Positions 1-13,829 of a stretch of 64,000 bases of DNA are shown here, in pieces; the first letter of the stretch is position 1; each line of letters opens with the position of its first letter. The notes under the pieces are model-generated. The model saw only the letters and a program-made list of their open reading frames with translations. It was not told where the DNA came from and did no database searches. The translations under genes were made by a program, and so were the position numbers. The stretch spans positions 20,708,001 to 20,772,000 of the forward strand of contig NW_027361727.1 of the NCBI RefSeq assembly GCF_039654945.1, written 5' to 3'. The stretch comes from Dendrobates tinctorius. Lineage: Eukaryota.

Positions 1-479
1 GCTTCCCCACTTGCAGGCCGTCACAGGCTCTGCTCACACGTGGCCGGTCAGCAGCACATCACATGGCTTCCACAACCGTCAGCACTCCTGGCTCAGCGTT
101 GCTCTTTGCCACTGAATTTTGCAGTCCTTATCCGCTGCTCCCAGCAACAAGGCTACACCACTGCCCATAGCCTTTTCCACCAATTGTGAGGTAGCGCTGT
201 CATTCAAGGTTGGGGGACACTCGCTTGGCAGCAAATAAATCACATCCGGTACGGGTTTTCCATAAAACCATATCAGTCCGTGAGGTTTATTCACCATCAT
301 AAACCACAGCAGCAATATACAACAGCATAGCGTCCATTGTATAGCTTTACATTACAGCATAGCGTCCATTAAACAGGCTATTTAGCCTCATCATTATCTC
401 ACCCGTCAGGGTTCCTTATGCGGCTTCACTATCGCATACGTTAGTTCCCTCCAGGGAGCTCTCAGGCACACATCGCCAA

Positions 480-1301
480 TGCTCACACAGCTGCTCCACA
501 GGCTGTTAGCGAGGAGATCCTTCTCCTCACAGGACCTTCCAAACTGGACCAATCAGGTCCCAGCATTCACTCCTTGTGACCCTTATATGGTCCATAGCCA
601 CGCCCACTGGGTCACATGGCTATGACCTCATCACAGGTCCTTCACACACTTACAAAGCCTTTTACTATAGGCGTTTTCAGACACACCCCTGGGTGGATTT
701 GTAGGTAACCAGAACCCGCCCATCTCTCTAGTTACCTGAAGACTTCTCCCTTATACTTAGAAACAATACCTCAGCCATGATATTGCTGATCACACATACA
801 CAAGTCTCCATCTCAAAGCCACCCAGTTTGAGATACATAACTATCCTTCAGGATTCTGCCACACAGCTGCTCCACAGGCTGTTAGCGAGGAGATCCTTCT
901 CCTCACAGGACCTTCCAAACTGGACCAATCAGGTCCCAGCATTCACTCCTTGTGACCCTTATATGGTCCATAGCCACGCCCACTGGGTCACATGGCTATG
1001 ACCTCATCACAGGTCCTTCACACACTTACAAAGCCTTTTACTATAGGCGTTTTCAGACACACCCCTGGGTGGATTTGTAGGTAAACAGAACCCGCCCATC
1101 TCTCTAGTTACCTGAAGACTTCTCCCTTATACTTAGAAACAATACCTCAGCCATGATATTGCTGATCACACATACACAAGTCTCCATCTCAAAGCCACCC
1201 AGTTTGAGATACATAACTATCCTTCAGGATTCTGCCACCCATCCGTTCTCTTGGGACATCCACACAGCGCCCCCTAGTGGACACAGTGGTCATTACACCA
1301 C
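480..1301 (-). mobile_element. Probable 5' LTR of an LTR element running off the left edge, with an internal 376-bp tandem duplication
   Basis: The minus strand begins TGTGGTGT at 1301 and ends CA at 480, followed by a TGGCG PBS-like start. 485-860 is repeated at 861-1236. Confidence 0.55.
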
Positions 1302-1401
1302 AGTACATAGGAGCAGTATTATAGTAGTTATATTCTTGTACATAGGGGCAGTATTATAGTAGTTATAGTCTTGTACACAGGGGCAGTATTATAGTAGTTA
1401 T

Positions 1402-3722
1402 TGTAATGTATTGTAAGATATGTATGTTAAGTAAAGTATGATGTTTCTAGAACATTATAGAAATCTCCCATTTCACTCTGATGAGAAAATCAGCTTGTCA
1501 CATAGCTTGCAGCATCCCTCCCATCCTTAACAGCTCTGTGTTCACATTGGTAATAGGACACTTCCTGCTACAAGCATTTAGCCCCTCTCCACAGAAAAGA
1601 ATGTTAATTAGTTAAGGGAAAGGATTCCTTTGTTCTGGCCACGAGGCTGGATGCAAGTATATGGGAAGTATTAAAACAAGTCATATTGCAAAAACCATAC
1701 ATCACAGAGATATAATAATTACATTTCTGCGACGGGCACGAAACCAGCTTGTCTAACCTCTAATTTTCACGGCTCTGATCCCTCCAGAAACTGAGATATG
1801 GGTTGCTCCCAAATGGAGTGTATTAATTATGGCATGTGTGATGTTGTTTTATTGTATTCGATAAACTACAACCAATGAGGCCCTCAGTGTTTTGATACAA
1901 GCTTCCCTTGTTAAAATATGGTTATCATAAGTTTTTTAGTTACTTGGCAACTTGGAAAAAGGGGGGCTGAACTTCTGCAGACTGCCCCTTTCGTGATGTA
2001 ACCGACCCTGGGCTATAAGGTACCCCTCCCTTACAGTGCTTCAGTTGAGCTGGAGTTTTGATGCTAAAAAGACGTGCCGATGTCTTGGGATGTCTGGCTA
2101 AGCGGCCCATCCCCCAGCCACATGGTCTGCCTAATACCAACTACGCACATGTAAGTGTTAATCTCTGTTTTCTTAATCCTTGTTAATTTTATATATTTGT
2201 AATGTACATATTTAATGTCTCAACTTTATAACAACCTTTATCTGTGTAATCACTGACCACATTTTGGGAATAAATGATAAAATCTATCAGTCTGCCTTCA
2301 TGCTCTAAGAAACGAACTATGCGTCTTTTTTAGATAATTCCGCCACTGTTTGGGTTGGCTTCGAACCCCTCCATTAAGTCTATAACTTAAGTGGAGAAAC
2401 CAGGAGCTGGTGGCAGCGTGGTGTGTGCGGTTGGTTAGGCTAGCTGGCAGTACAGACGGGTATTACATGCTGAATGAGGGGCTGCGGCCAAAGCATTGAT
2501 AATTCCCTTACTGCAGTAGTCTAGTTGCCCGTGCACAACAAGCAGCCCGTCCAGCGACTAATTATCCTAGGTGCAGTTCCCTGACTGACCTGAGGGTAAG
2601 GGGGGCGCCGGAGAGCTGCGAGTTCTAAAGTGGAACTGAGAAAGTGGGATATACATAAATACCCGCAGTTCTTGGGAGGTTGTTAGAAGTGGTGGGGCAA
2701 CCAAAATACCCCCCTGCGATAAATTGTTAGAGCAAGATTAGCTTGCTGTATTTTTGTCACATGGTGCCAGTGGTGGGATAACTAAGATAAGCCCCCACTG
2801 TGCCTGTGATAGCCGTGTGTCGGCTGTGTGTCGGGTCCCTTCGTCTGCTGATACACCAGTGTCAGCGGTGGGATCGTGACATATTGATGGCAAAGGGTCC
2901 ACTGTCCGTCGCCAGTTGGTGGCAGCGGTCCGCCGTTCCTCACATATTGGTGGCAGCGGTGGGATGTTCCTCACAATCCTTGCTAATTTTATATATTTGT
3001 AATGTGCATATCTAATGTCTCAACTTTATAACAACCTTTATCTGTGTAATCACTGCCCACATTTTGGGAATAAATGATAAAATCTATCAGTCTGCCTTCA
3101 TGCTCTAAGAAACGAACTATGCGCCTTTTTTAGATAATTACGCTAGTTTGGGTTGGCTTCGAACCCCTCCATTAAGTCTATAACTTAAGTGGAGAAACCA
3201 GGAGCTGGTGGCAGCGTGGTGTGTACGATTGGTTAGGCTGGTTGGCAGTCCAGAAGGGTCTTATACTGCTGAAGGGGGGCTGCGGCCACAGCATTGATAA
3301 TTCCCTTACTGCAGTAGTCTAATTGCCCGTGCACAACAAGCAGCCCATCTGGCGACTAATTATCCTAGGTGCAGTCCCCTGACTGACCTGATGGTAAGGG
3401 GGGCGCCCGGAGAGCTGCGAGTTCCAAAGTGGAACGGAGAAAGTGGGATATACATAAATCCCCGCAGTTCTTGGAAGGTTGTTAGCAGTGGTGGGGCATC
3501 CAAAATACCCCCCTGCGATAAATTGTTAGGGCAAGATTAGCTTGCTGTATATTTTTGTCACATGGTGCCAGTGGTGGGATAACTAATATAAGCCCCCACT
3601 GTGCCTGTGATAGCCGTGTGCCGGCAGTGCGTCGCATCCCTCCGTCCGCTTACATACCCGTGCCAGTGGTGGGATCATGACAATTTGGGGGTGGCGGCGG
3701 CGTGCTGTCATTGACCATCACA
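1402..3722 (+). mobile_element. Solo LTR-like insertion (2.3 kb) with an internal duplication of about 0.8 kb
   Basis: TGTAAT...ATCACA ends with GTTAT duplicated (1397-1401, 3723-3727) inside a satellite unit. TATAA at about 2014, AATAAA at about 2268 and 3069; about 2175-2960 is repeated at about 2975-3690. Confidence 0.75.
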
Positions 3723-6260
3723 GTTATATTCTTGTACATAGGGGCAGTATTATAGTAGCTATATTCTTGTACATAGGGGGCGGTAGCATAGTAGTTATAT
3801 TCTTGTACATAGGGGAAGTATTATAGTAGTTATATTCTTGTACACAGGGGCTGTATTATAGTAGTTATATTCTTGAACATAGGGAGCAGTATTATAGTAG
3901 TTATATTCTTGTACACAGGGGCAGTATTATAGTAGTTATATTCTTGCACATAGGGAGCAATATTATAGTAGTTATATTCTTGTACACAGGGGCAGTATTA
4001 TAGTAGTTATATTGTTGTACATAGGGGGCGGTAGCATAGTAGTTATATTCTTGTACATAGGGGCAGTATTATAGTAGTTATATTCTTGTACACAGAGGCA
4101 GTATTATAGTAGTTATATTGTTGTACATAGGGGCAGTATTATAGTAGTTATATTCTTGTACATAGGGGGCGGTAGCATAGTAGTTATATTCTTGCACATA
4201 GTGGCAGTATTGTAGTTATATTCTTGTACACAGGGGCAGTATTATAGTAGTTATATTCTTGTACATAGGAGCAGTATTATAGTAGTTATATTCTTGTACA
4301 TAGGGGGCAGTATTATAGTAGTTATATTCTTGTACACAGGGGCAGTATTATAGTAGTTATATTCTTGTACATAGGAGCAGTATTATAGTAGTTATATTCT
4401 TGTACATAGGGGGCAGTATTATAGTAGTTATATTCTTGTACATAGGGGCAGTATTATAGTAGTTATATTCTTGTACATAGGGGGCAGTGTTATAGTAGTA
4501 ATATTCTTGTACATAGGAGCAGTATTATAGTGGTTATATTCTTGTACATAGGAGCAGTATTATAGTAGTTATATTCTTGTACATAGGGGCAGTATTATAA
4601 CAACAAAGCAAGGGTAAATAACAGCATCATGTGTACTATAACTAAATAGGATGCCTGTGTTATGGAATAAACAAAGGATCAGTCGTTGATATGCATAGCA
4701 AAGGGGATGTGGAAACCACAAATTACGACCAAAAGAACCATTAGAAAAACATCTTTATTAAAGAATCACACAGAACGGGGCAAAGGGGGAGACACGTGCA
4801 AGGGAACAGTATTATAGTAGCTATATTATTGTACATAGGGGGTGGTAGCATAGTAGTTATATTCTTGTACATAGGGGCAGTATTATAGTAGTTATATTCT
4901 TGTACACAGGGGCAGTATTATAGTAGTTATATTCTTATACATAGGGGCAGTATTATAGTAGTTATATTCTTGTACATAGGAGCAGTATTATAGTAGTTAT
5001 ATTCTTGTACATAGGAGCAGTATTATAGTAGTTATATTCTTGTACACAGGGGCAGTATTATAGTAGTTATATTCTTGTACATAGGGAGCAGTATTATAGT
5101 AGTTATATTCTTGTACATAGGAGCAGTATTATAGTAGTTATATTCTTGTACATAGGGAGCAGTATTATAGTAGTTATATTCTTGTACATAGGGAGCAGAA
5201 TTATAGTAGTTATATTCTTGTACACAGGGGCAGTATTATAGTAGTTATATTCTTGTACATAGGGGCAGTATTAGTTATATTCTTGTACACAGAGGCAGTA
5301 TTATAGTAGTTATATTGTTGTACATAGGGGCAGCATTATAGTAGTTATATTCTTGTACATAGGGGGCGGTAGCATAGTAGCTATATTCTTGTACATAGTG
5401 GCAGTATTATAGTAGTTATATTCTTGTACGCAGGGGCAGTATTATAGTAGTTATATTCTTGTACATAGGAGCAGTATTATAGTAGTTATATTCTTGCACA
5501 TAGGGGCAGTATTATAGTAGTTATATTCTTGTACATAGGAGCAGTATTATAGTAGTTATATTCTTGTACATAGGGGGCAGTATTATAGTAGTTATATTCT
5601 TGTACATAGGGGCAGTATTATAGTAGTTATATTCTTGCACATAGGGATCAGTATTATAGTAGTTGTATTCTTGTACATAGGGGGCAGTATTATAGTTGTT
5701 ATATTCTTGTACATAGGAGCAGTATTATAGTAGTTATATTCTTGAATATAGGAGCAGTATTATAGTAGTTATATTCTTGTACATAGGAGCAGTATTATAG
5801 TAGTTATATTCTTGTACATAGGGGCAGTATTATAGTAGCTATATTCTTGTACATAGGGGGCGATAGCATAGTAGTTATATTCTTGTACATAGGGGCAGTA
5901 TTATAGTAGTTATATTCTTGTACACAGGGGCAGTATTATAGTAGTTATATTCTTGTACATAGGGGCGGTAGTATAGGAGTTATATTCTTATACATAGGGG
6001 CAGTATTATAGTAGTTATATTCTTGTACATAGGAGCAGTATTATAGTAGTTATATTCTTGTACACAGGGGCAGTATTATAGTAATTATATTCTTGTACAT
6101 AGGGAGCAATATTATAGTAGTTATATTCTTGTACATAGGAGCAGTATTATAGTAGTTATATTCTTGTACATAGGGAGCAGTATTATAGTAGTTATATTCT
6201 TGTACACAGTGGCAGTATTATAGTAGTTATATTCTTGTACATAGGGGCAGTATTATAGTA

Positions 6261-8916
6261 CCCCAGGGCCAGCCACCACCTTCTTTGACCACTTCACCAC
6301 CTGGCTATTTCATTTCCTTTCCGTGGACATCCCTACTATCATCATGGGCGACTTCAAAATCCCCATTGACACTTCCCTCTCAGCTGCCACTAAACTTCTA
6401 TCTCTCACTTCCTCCTTCGGCCTCACTCAATGGTCTTCTACAGCCTCCCACAAAGATGGCCACACACTGGACCTCATCTTCACCCGCCTCTGCTCCCTAT
6501 CTAACCTCTCTAACTCACCTCTTCCTCTCTCTGACCACAACCTTCTCACATTCTCTTCCCTCTCCACTCCATGTCTACAATCCCCACCCCACAAACTTTC
6601 ACACCCTCGCAGAAATCTTAAACACTTTGACCTACACTCATTCTCTGAATCCCTCCTCCCTCTCACAGATATAAGTTCCTTACACAATGCGGATGACGCT
6701 GCTGCTCTTTTTAACACCACAATAGCTGTAGCTTTGGAATCTGCTGCCCCACTTACACATACCAAAGCTCGCTAAATCAACAGACAGCCCTGACACACCA
6801 GCCTGACCAAAGAACTGAGGCGAGCTTCCAGGGCTGCTGAGCGCAGATGGAAAAGATCCCACTCCAACGAGCACTTCATCGCATTCAAACAGTCCCTCAC
6901 TACTTTCAAGACCACACTCGCCACAGCTAAACAAACCTACTTCTCATCTCTCATATCCTCCATGTCTCACAACCCTAAACTGTTATTCAACACCTTCAAT
7001 TCTCTCCTCCATCCCCCAGCACCTCCTCCCTCCCCACTCATCTCAGCTGAAGACTTTGCCTCATTTTTCAAGCAGAAGATTGATAACATCAGAGACAGTT
7101 TTGGTCAACAACCCACAGAGCCCTTCCTCCCGACTTCCCAGCCCTCCACCTCCAAAACCAACTTCTCCACCATTACAGAAGATCGACTCTCCACTCTACT
7201 CTCAAGATCACATCTCACCACCTGTGCACTTGACCCGATCCCATCCCACTTCATCCCAACCCTAACCCATCTCTTCAACCTATCACTAACAACTGGTGTT
7301 TTCCCCTCAAGCTTTAAACATGCCTCCATCACACCTATCCTCAAAAAGCCCTCTCTTGACCCATCCTCTGTATCTAGCTATCGCCCTATATCACTTCTCC
7401 CCTACGCCTCCAAGCTACTGGAACAACACGTCTACCTTGAACTGTCCTCCCATCTCTCTTCTTGCTCCCTCTTCGACCGCTTACAATCTGGCTTCCGGTC
7501 ACACCACTCCACTGAAACTGCCCTTACTAAGGTCACCAATGACCTCTTAACCGCCAAAAACAAGCGACACTACTCTGTCCTCCTCCTCCTGGACCTGTCG
7601 GCTGCCTTTGACACAGTGGACCATTCCCTATTATTACAGACCCTCTCATCCCTTGGCATCACAGACTTGGCCCTATCCTGGATCTCATCATACCTAACAG
7701 ACCGGACATTCAGCGTCTCCCACTCACACACCACCTCCTCACCTCGCCCCCTATCTGTCGGAGTCCCACAAGGTTCAGTCCTAGGACCCCTGCTCTTCTC
7801 CATTTACACCTTTGGCCTGAGACAGCTCATAGAATCTCATGGCTTTCAGTATCATCTCTATGCTGATGACACACAGATCTTCATCTCTGGACCAGATATC
7901 ACCTCCCTACTAACCAGAATCCCTCAATGTATGTCCACTGTTTCATCCTTCTTCGCTAGATTTCTGAAACTTAACATGGACAAAACAGAATTCATCATCT
8001 TTCCCCCATCTCACGTGACCCCCCCAACGCACCTATCCATTACAGTAAATGGCTGCCCACTCTCTCCAGTCCCACAAGCTCGCTGCCTCGGGGTAATCCT
8101 TGACGCTGATCTCTCCTTCAAACCACATATCCAAGCCCTTTCCACTTCCTGCCGACTTCAACTCAAAAATATTTCACAAATCCGTTCATTCCTCAACCAA
8201 AAATCTGCAAAAACCCTAGTCCATGCTCTCATCATCTCTCGCCTTGACTACTGCAACCTCCTGCTCTGTGGCCTCCCCTCGAACACTCTAGCACTCCTCC
8301 AATCTATTCTAAACTCTGCTGCCCGACTAATCCACCTGTCCCCCCGCTATTCCCCAGCTTCTCCCCTCTGTCAATCCCTTCACTGGCTCCCCATTGCCCA
8401 GAGACTCCAGTACAAAACCCTAACCATGACATACAAAGCCATCCACAACTTGTCTCCTCCATACATCTGTGACCTCGTCTCCCGGTACTTTCCTGCACGC
8501 AACCTCCGATCCTCACAAGATCTCCTTCTCTACTCCCCTCTTATCTCCTCTTCCCACAATCGCATACAAGATTTCTCTTGCGCATCACCCCTACTCTGGA
8601 ACTCTCTACCACAACATATCAGACTCTCACCTACCATCGAAACCTTCAAAAAGAGCCTGAAGACCCACCTCTTCCGACAAGCCTATAACCTGCACTAACC
8701 ACTGATCGACCAAACCGCTGCATGACCAGCTCTACCCTCGCCTACTGTATTCTCACCCATCCCTTGTAGATTGTGAGCCTTCGCGGGCAGGGTCCTCTCT
8801 CCTCCTGTACCAGTTATGACTTGTATTGTTTAACATTATTGTACTTGTTTTTATTATGTATAACCCTCCTTACATGTAAAGCACCATGGAATAAATGGCG
8901 CAATAATAATAATAAT
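6261..8916 (+). mobile_element. 5'-truncated L2/CR1-group LINE inserted in the satellite array
   Basis: Endonuclease C-terminus (MGDF..GHTLDLIF..LSDH) 6323-6775, RT ORF 6962-8698 ([14 protein letters not shown]), 3' UTR ending in (AAT)n; stops between the domains. Confidence 0.93.
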
Positions 8917-11900
8917 AGTTATATTCTTGTACATAGGGGGCAGTATTATAGTAGTTATATTCTTGTACATAGGGGCAGTATTATAGTAGATATATTCTTG
9001 TACACAGGGGGCAGTATTATAGTAGATATATTCTTATACATAGGAGCAGTATTATAGTAGTTCTATTCTTGTACATAGGGGCAGTATTATAGTAGTTCTA
9101 TTCTTGTACATTGGAGGGCAGAATTATAGTAGATACCAACCCAAATTACAGCTCACCCATGCATAAACTGGGACCACCCTAAAAGCATTACAGCTTCAAG
9201 TGTGACATACAGAGATGCTTTTAATCACAGACAAACAATCTGTTAGCATTGCTTATTTACATTGATGAGCCAATTGTAGGTATCACTCAGCCTTCATTAA
9301 CCTTTGAATAGACGAATGCACAATGAAAGTACAACTGACAAAATGTAATTAACAAAAGAAGAAAACCACTTGAATGTATTCACTGTTCTACAGAACAGAC
9401 TATAGTGAAGGGCTAATGCCAAATAAAATGAGTTTTCTTACTAAGATCAAAAGGGACACAAGTATTTGGGGAAAATCCAATAAGTTTCCATGTTGAGTGT
9501 GCTCTCCACAGCTGTAAGTCTTGTTAACTCTTTGTATTCCTTGCATCCTTAAATAAGGGGTGCTTCCTGTATGTTTGGTAATGCAATGTGCTAACACTTC
9601 TGAGATGTTTCTTTTAATTGAGGAGGAGGCATCCCAAATATCTATAAAGTTGTGCTTTTTAAGTTACCAGTAATGCATCCCAGATATTGAAATTATAAAA
9701 GGTTGTGCAAGTGATCAGATTCACAATGAAAACAGTATTACAATTGATATGTTGTTTTAATTAAAACATTTTGTTATTGGAAGTAGAGGCAAAAGCATGT
9801 TCACATCAAGATATTTTACTACATAAATGTTGTGGACGATCACATTCGCAGTATTATAGTAGTTATATTCTTGTACATAGGGGGCAGTATTATAGTAGTT
9901 ATATTCTTGTACATAGGGGGCAGTATTATAGTAGTTATATTCTTGTATATAGGGGGCAGTATTATAGTAGTTATATTCTTGTACATAGGGGGCAGTATTA
10001 TAGTAGTTATATTCTTGTACATAGGGGCAATATTATAGTAGTTATATTCTTGCACATAGGGGGCAGTATTAGAGTAGTTATATTCTTGTACATAGGGGCA
10101 GTATTATAGTAGTTATATTCTTGTACATAGGAGCAGTATTATAGTAGTTATATTCTTGTACACAGGGGCAGTATTATAGTAGTTAGATTCTTGTACATAG
10201 GGGCAGTATTATAGTAGTTATATTCTTGTACATAGGGGCCAGTATTATAGTAGTTATATTCTTGTACACAGGAGCAGTATTATAGTAGTTATATTCTTGT
10301 ACATAGGGGGCAGTATTATAGGAGTTATATTCTAGTACATAGGGGCAGTATTATAGTAGTTATATTCTTGTACACAGGAGCAGTATTATAGTAGTTATAT
10401 TCTTGTACATAGGGGGCAGTATTATAGTAGTTATATTCTTGTACATAGGGGCAGTATTATAGTAGTTATATTCTTGTATATAGGAGCAGTATTATAGTAG
10501 TTATATTCTTGTACATAGGGGCAGTATTATAGTAGTTATATTCTAGTACATAGGGGCAGTATTATAGTAGTTATATTCTTGTACATAGGGGCAGTATTAT
10601 AGTAGTTATATTCTTGTACATAGGGGGTAGTATTATAGTAGTTATATTCTTGTACATAGGGGGTAGTATTATAGTAGTTATATTCTTGTACATAGGAGCA
10701 GTATTATAGTAGTTATATTCTTGTACATAGGGGCAGTATTATAGTAGTTATATTCTTGTATATAGGGGCAGTATTATAGTGGTTATATTCTTGTACATAG
10801 GAGCAGTATTATAGTAGTTATATGCTTGTACATAGGGGCAGTATTATAGTAGTTATATTCTTGTACATAGGGGGCAGTATTATAGTAGCTATATTCTTGT
10901 ATATAGGAGCAGTATTATAGTAGTTATATGCCTGTACATTGGAGCAGTATTATAGAAGTTATATTCTTGTACATAGGGGCAGTATTATAGTAGTTATATT
11001 CTTGTATACAGAAGCAATATTATAGTAGTTATATTCTTTTACATAGGAGCAGTATTATAGTAGTTATATTCTTGTACATAGGGGGCAGAATTATAGTAGT
11101 TATATTCTTGTACATAGGGGGTAGTATTATAGTAGTTATTTTCTTGTACATAGGGGGTAGTATTATAGTAGTTATATTCTTGTACATAGGAGCAGTATTA
11201 TAGTTGTTATATTCTTGTACATAGAGGGCAGTATTATAGGAGTTATATTCTTGTATATAGGGGCAGTATTATAGTAGTTATATGCTTGTACATAGGGGCA
11301 GTATTATAGTAGTTATATTCTTGTACATAGGAGCAGTATTATAGTAGTTATATGCTTGTACATAGGGGCAGTATTATAGTAGTTATATTCTTGTACATAG
11401 GGGGCAGTATTATAGTAGCTATATTCTTGTATATAGGAGCAGTATTATAGTAGTTATATGCCTGTACATTGGAGCAGTATTATAGAAGTTATATTCTTGT
11501 ACATAGGGGCAGTATTATAGTAGTTATATTCTTGTACATAGGGGGCAGTATTATAGTAGTTATATTCTTGTACATAGGGGGCATTATTATAGTAGTTATA
11601 TTCTTGTACATAGGGGGCAGTATTATGATAGCTATATTCTTGTACATAGGGGGCAGTATTATAGTAGTTATATTCTTGTATATAGGGGCAGTATTATAGT
11701 AGTTATATTCTTGTATATAGGGGCAGTAGTATAGCAGTTAAATTCTTGTACATAGCGAGCAGCATTATAGTAGTTATATTCTTGTACATAGGGGCAGTAT
11801 TATAGTAGTTATATTCTTGTACATAGTGGCAGTATTATAGTAGTTATATTCTTGTACATAGGGAGCAGTATTATAGTAGTTATATTCTTGTACATAGGAG

Positions 11901-13829
11901 GCAGTATTATAGCAGTTATATTCTTGTACATAGGAGGCAGTATTATAGTAGTTATATTTTTGTACATAGGAGCAGTATAATAGTAATTATATTCATGTAT
12001 ATAGGAGCAGTATTATAGTAGTTGTATTCTTGTACATAGGGGCAGTATTATAGTAGTTATATTCTTGTACAGAGGGGCAGTATTATGGTAGTTATTTTCT
12101 TGTATATAGGAGCAGTATTATAGTAGTTATATTCTTGTACATAGCGGGCAACATTATAGTAGTTATATTCTTGTATATAGGGGCAGTATTATAGCAGTTA
12201 TATTCTTGTACATAGAGGGCAGTATTATAGTAGTTATATTCTTGTACATAGGAGCAGTATTATAGAAGTTATATTCTTGTACATAGGGGCAGTATTATAG
12301 TAGTTATATTTTTGTACATAGGAGGCAGTATTATAGTAGTTATATTATTGTATATAGGGGCAGTATTATAGTAGTTATATTCTTGTACATAGGGGCAGTA
12401 TTATAGTAGTTATATTCTTGTACATAGGGGCAGTATTATAGTAGTTATATTCTTGTACATAGGGGCAGTATTATGGTAGTTATATTCTTGTATATAGGAG
12501 CAGTATTATAGTAGTTATATTCTTGTACATAGGAGGCAGTATTATAGTAGTTATATTTTTGTACATAGGGGCAGTATTATAGTAGTTATATTCTTGGAAT
12601 TCTTCTTGCGGCAGTGCGGGGATGATCCTTCCTTCCTTCCTAAGTGTATGCTTCAACCAGGTCCTGCACTGACCTGTGGATCTGCAGCAGCGGCCATTAA
12701 TATATGTCTTTCCTTCACTCTCACCAGGTGAGTAGTTTTCTTGGTGGGCAACTCTGTGTAACGTTTGATAAGACCCTATTTGCGTTTTTTGTGTCTCCCT
12801 CTTTTCTCTGAGTAATTATGTTTTATAATAGGTAGTGATGGTAGAGCACGGTAAATGTATTCAGTTTACTGACTATATAAGTTGTTAGAACAATAGTCGT
12901 AGGGAATAGAAAAGTAATAATCACCTAACCTGTATTTTTGGCAGGACAATCGTAAAATATGTTCCCAAATCAAATAATGGATGAGTGACAAAATTATAGC
13001 TACCATCTGTACAACTCTCAAGACTGTGGTTATAATGAGACAGCTTTTATGATCAGCAGGTTCCGTACTTGCTTTTTGCATTACAGGTTAATTATTGTAA
13101 TAGAACTTTTTTTACTGCTCATGTATCACGTTCCCATCGTCTTATGTGATATAGGGGATTTGTATGTGTTACTCTGGTACATAAAAAAAAACCTCAAAGA
13201 GAATGTTTGGGATTACAAAGTCAAAAAAAGCAAACCAGAAAGCACAAAGAAAAATAACCCCTACTATGAGATAAGCCCTAATTTTGGGGGATATATACTA
13301 CGAGAAGTTTACAGCACTTTAGCACTTTTTGTTGAGACCGAGTGTCTCTCCACTAGGGTTTTTTTTTCTTTTCGGTTATACATGTATGTGTGTGTTTTTC
13401 TGTGTATCCTGTTTTTGTATAAGCAGGGTGGTCTAGGGCCTTCTAGGGATTACCAACGTTGAGCGGGGGGCGCCACATCATCAACTAGGGTGCCAACCTC
13501 CGCAGTCTGGAAGGGATTTTATTAGGGCCCAGTAGGGTGTGATTAGCTTTTTTGCCCCCTTTCATATGTACATACCTATTCTGACGTTGATTCTGTACTT
13601 TGCTATTTGGCTTTAGACCCTCTGGTTTCTAGAAGTTTTCTACTATGATGTTTTAATTATTGAATTAAAAGGTAATTTTTAGGGGTTATCCTTCTTTGTG
13701 CTTTCTGGTTTGCTTTTTTTTTGTTGCTCTGGTACATACAGTATTTGTATGGGATGACACTGGCACGGCTTTCATTGGCACCTCAGGCGGTATAAAGTCT
13801 ATAAGAGATTTTATAAACTAAACTCGTAC

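Larger units (their letters stand above)
1302..12596 (+). repeat. 38-39 bp satellite (GGCAGTATTATAGTAGTTATATTCTTGTACATAGG[G]) in blocks 1302-1401, 3723-4599, 4807-6260, 8917-9135, 9848-12596
   Basis: Directly visible tandem units separated by insertions. Confidence 0.97.

Noticed and set aside
9136-9847. Unique segment within the satellite, considered as the missing astacin catalytic exon
   Set aside because: No CWS or HExxH coding found on the minus strand by eye; left unassigned.
3723-12596. CRISPR-like regular repeats
   Set aside because: Head-to-tail units with no unique spacers, no cas genes, and a vertebrate context.
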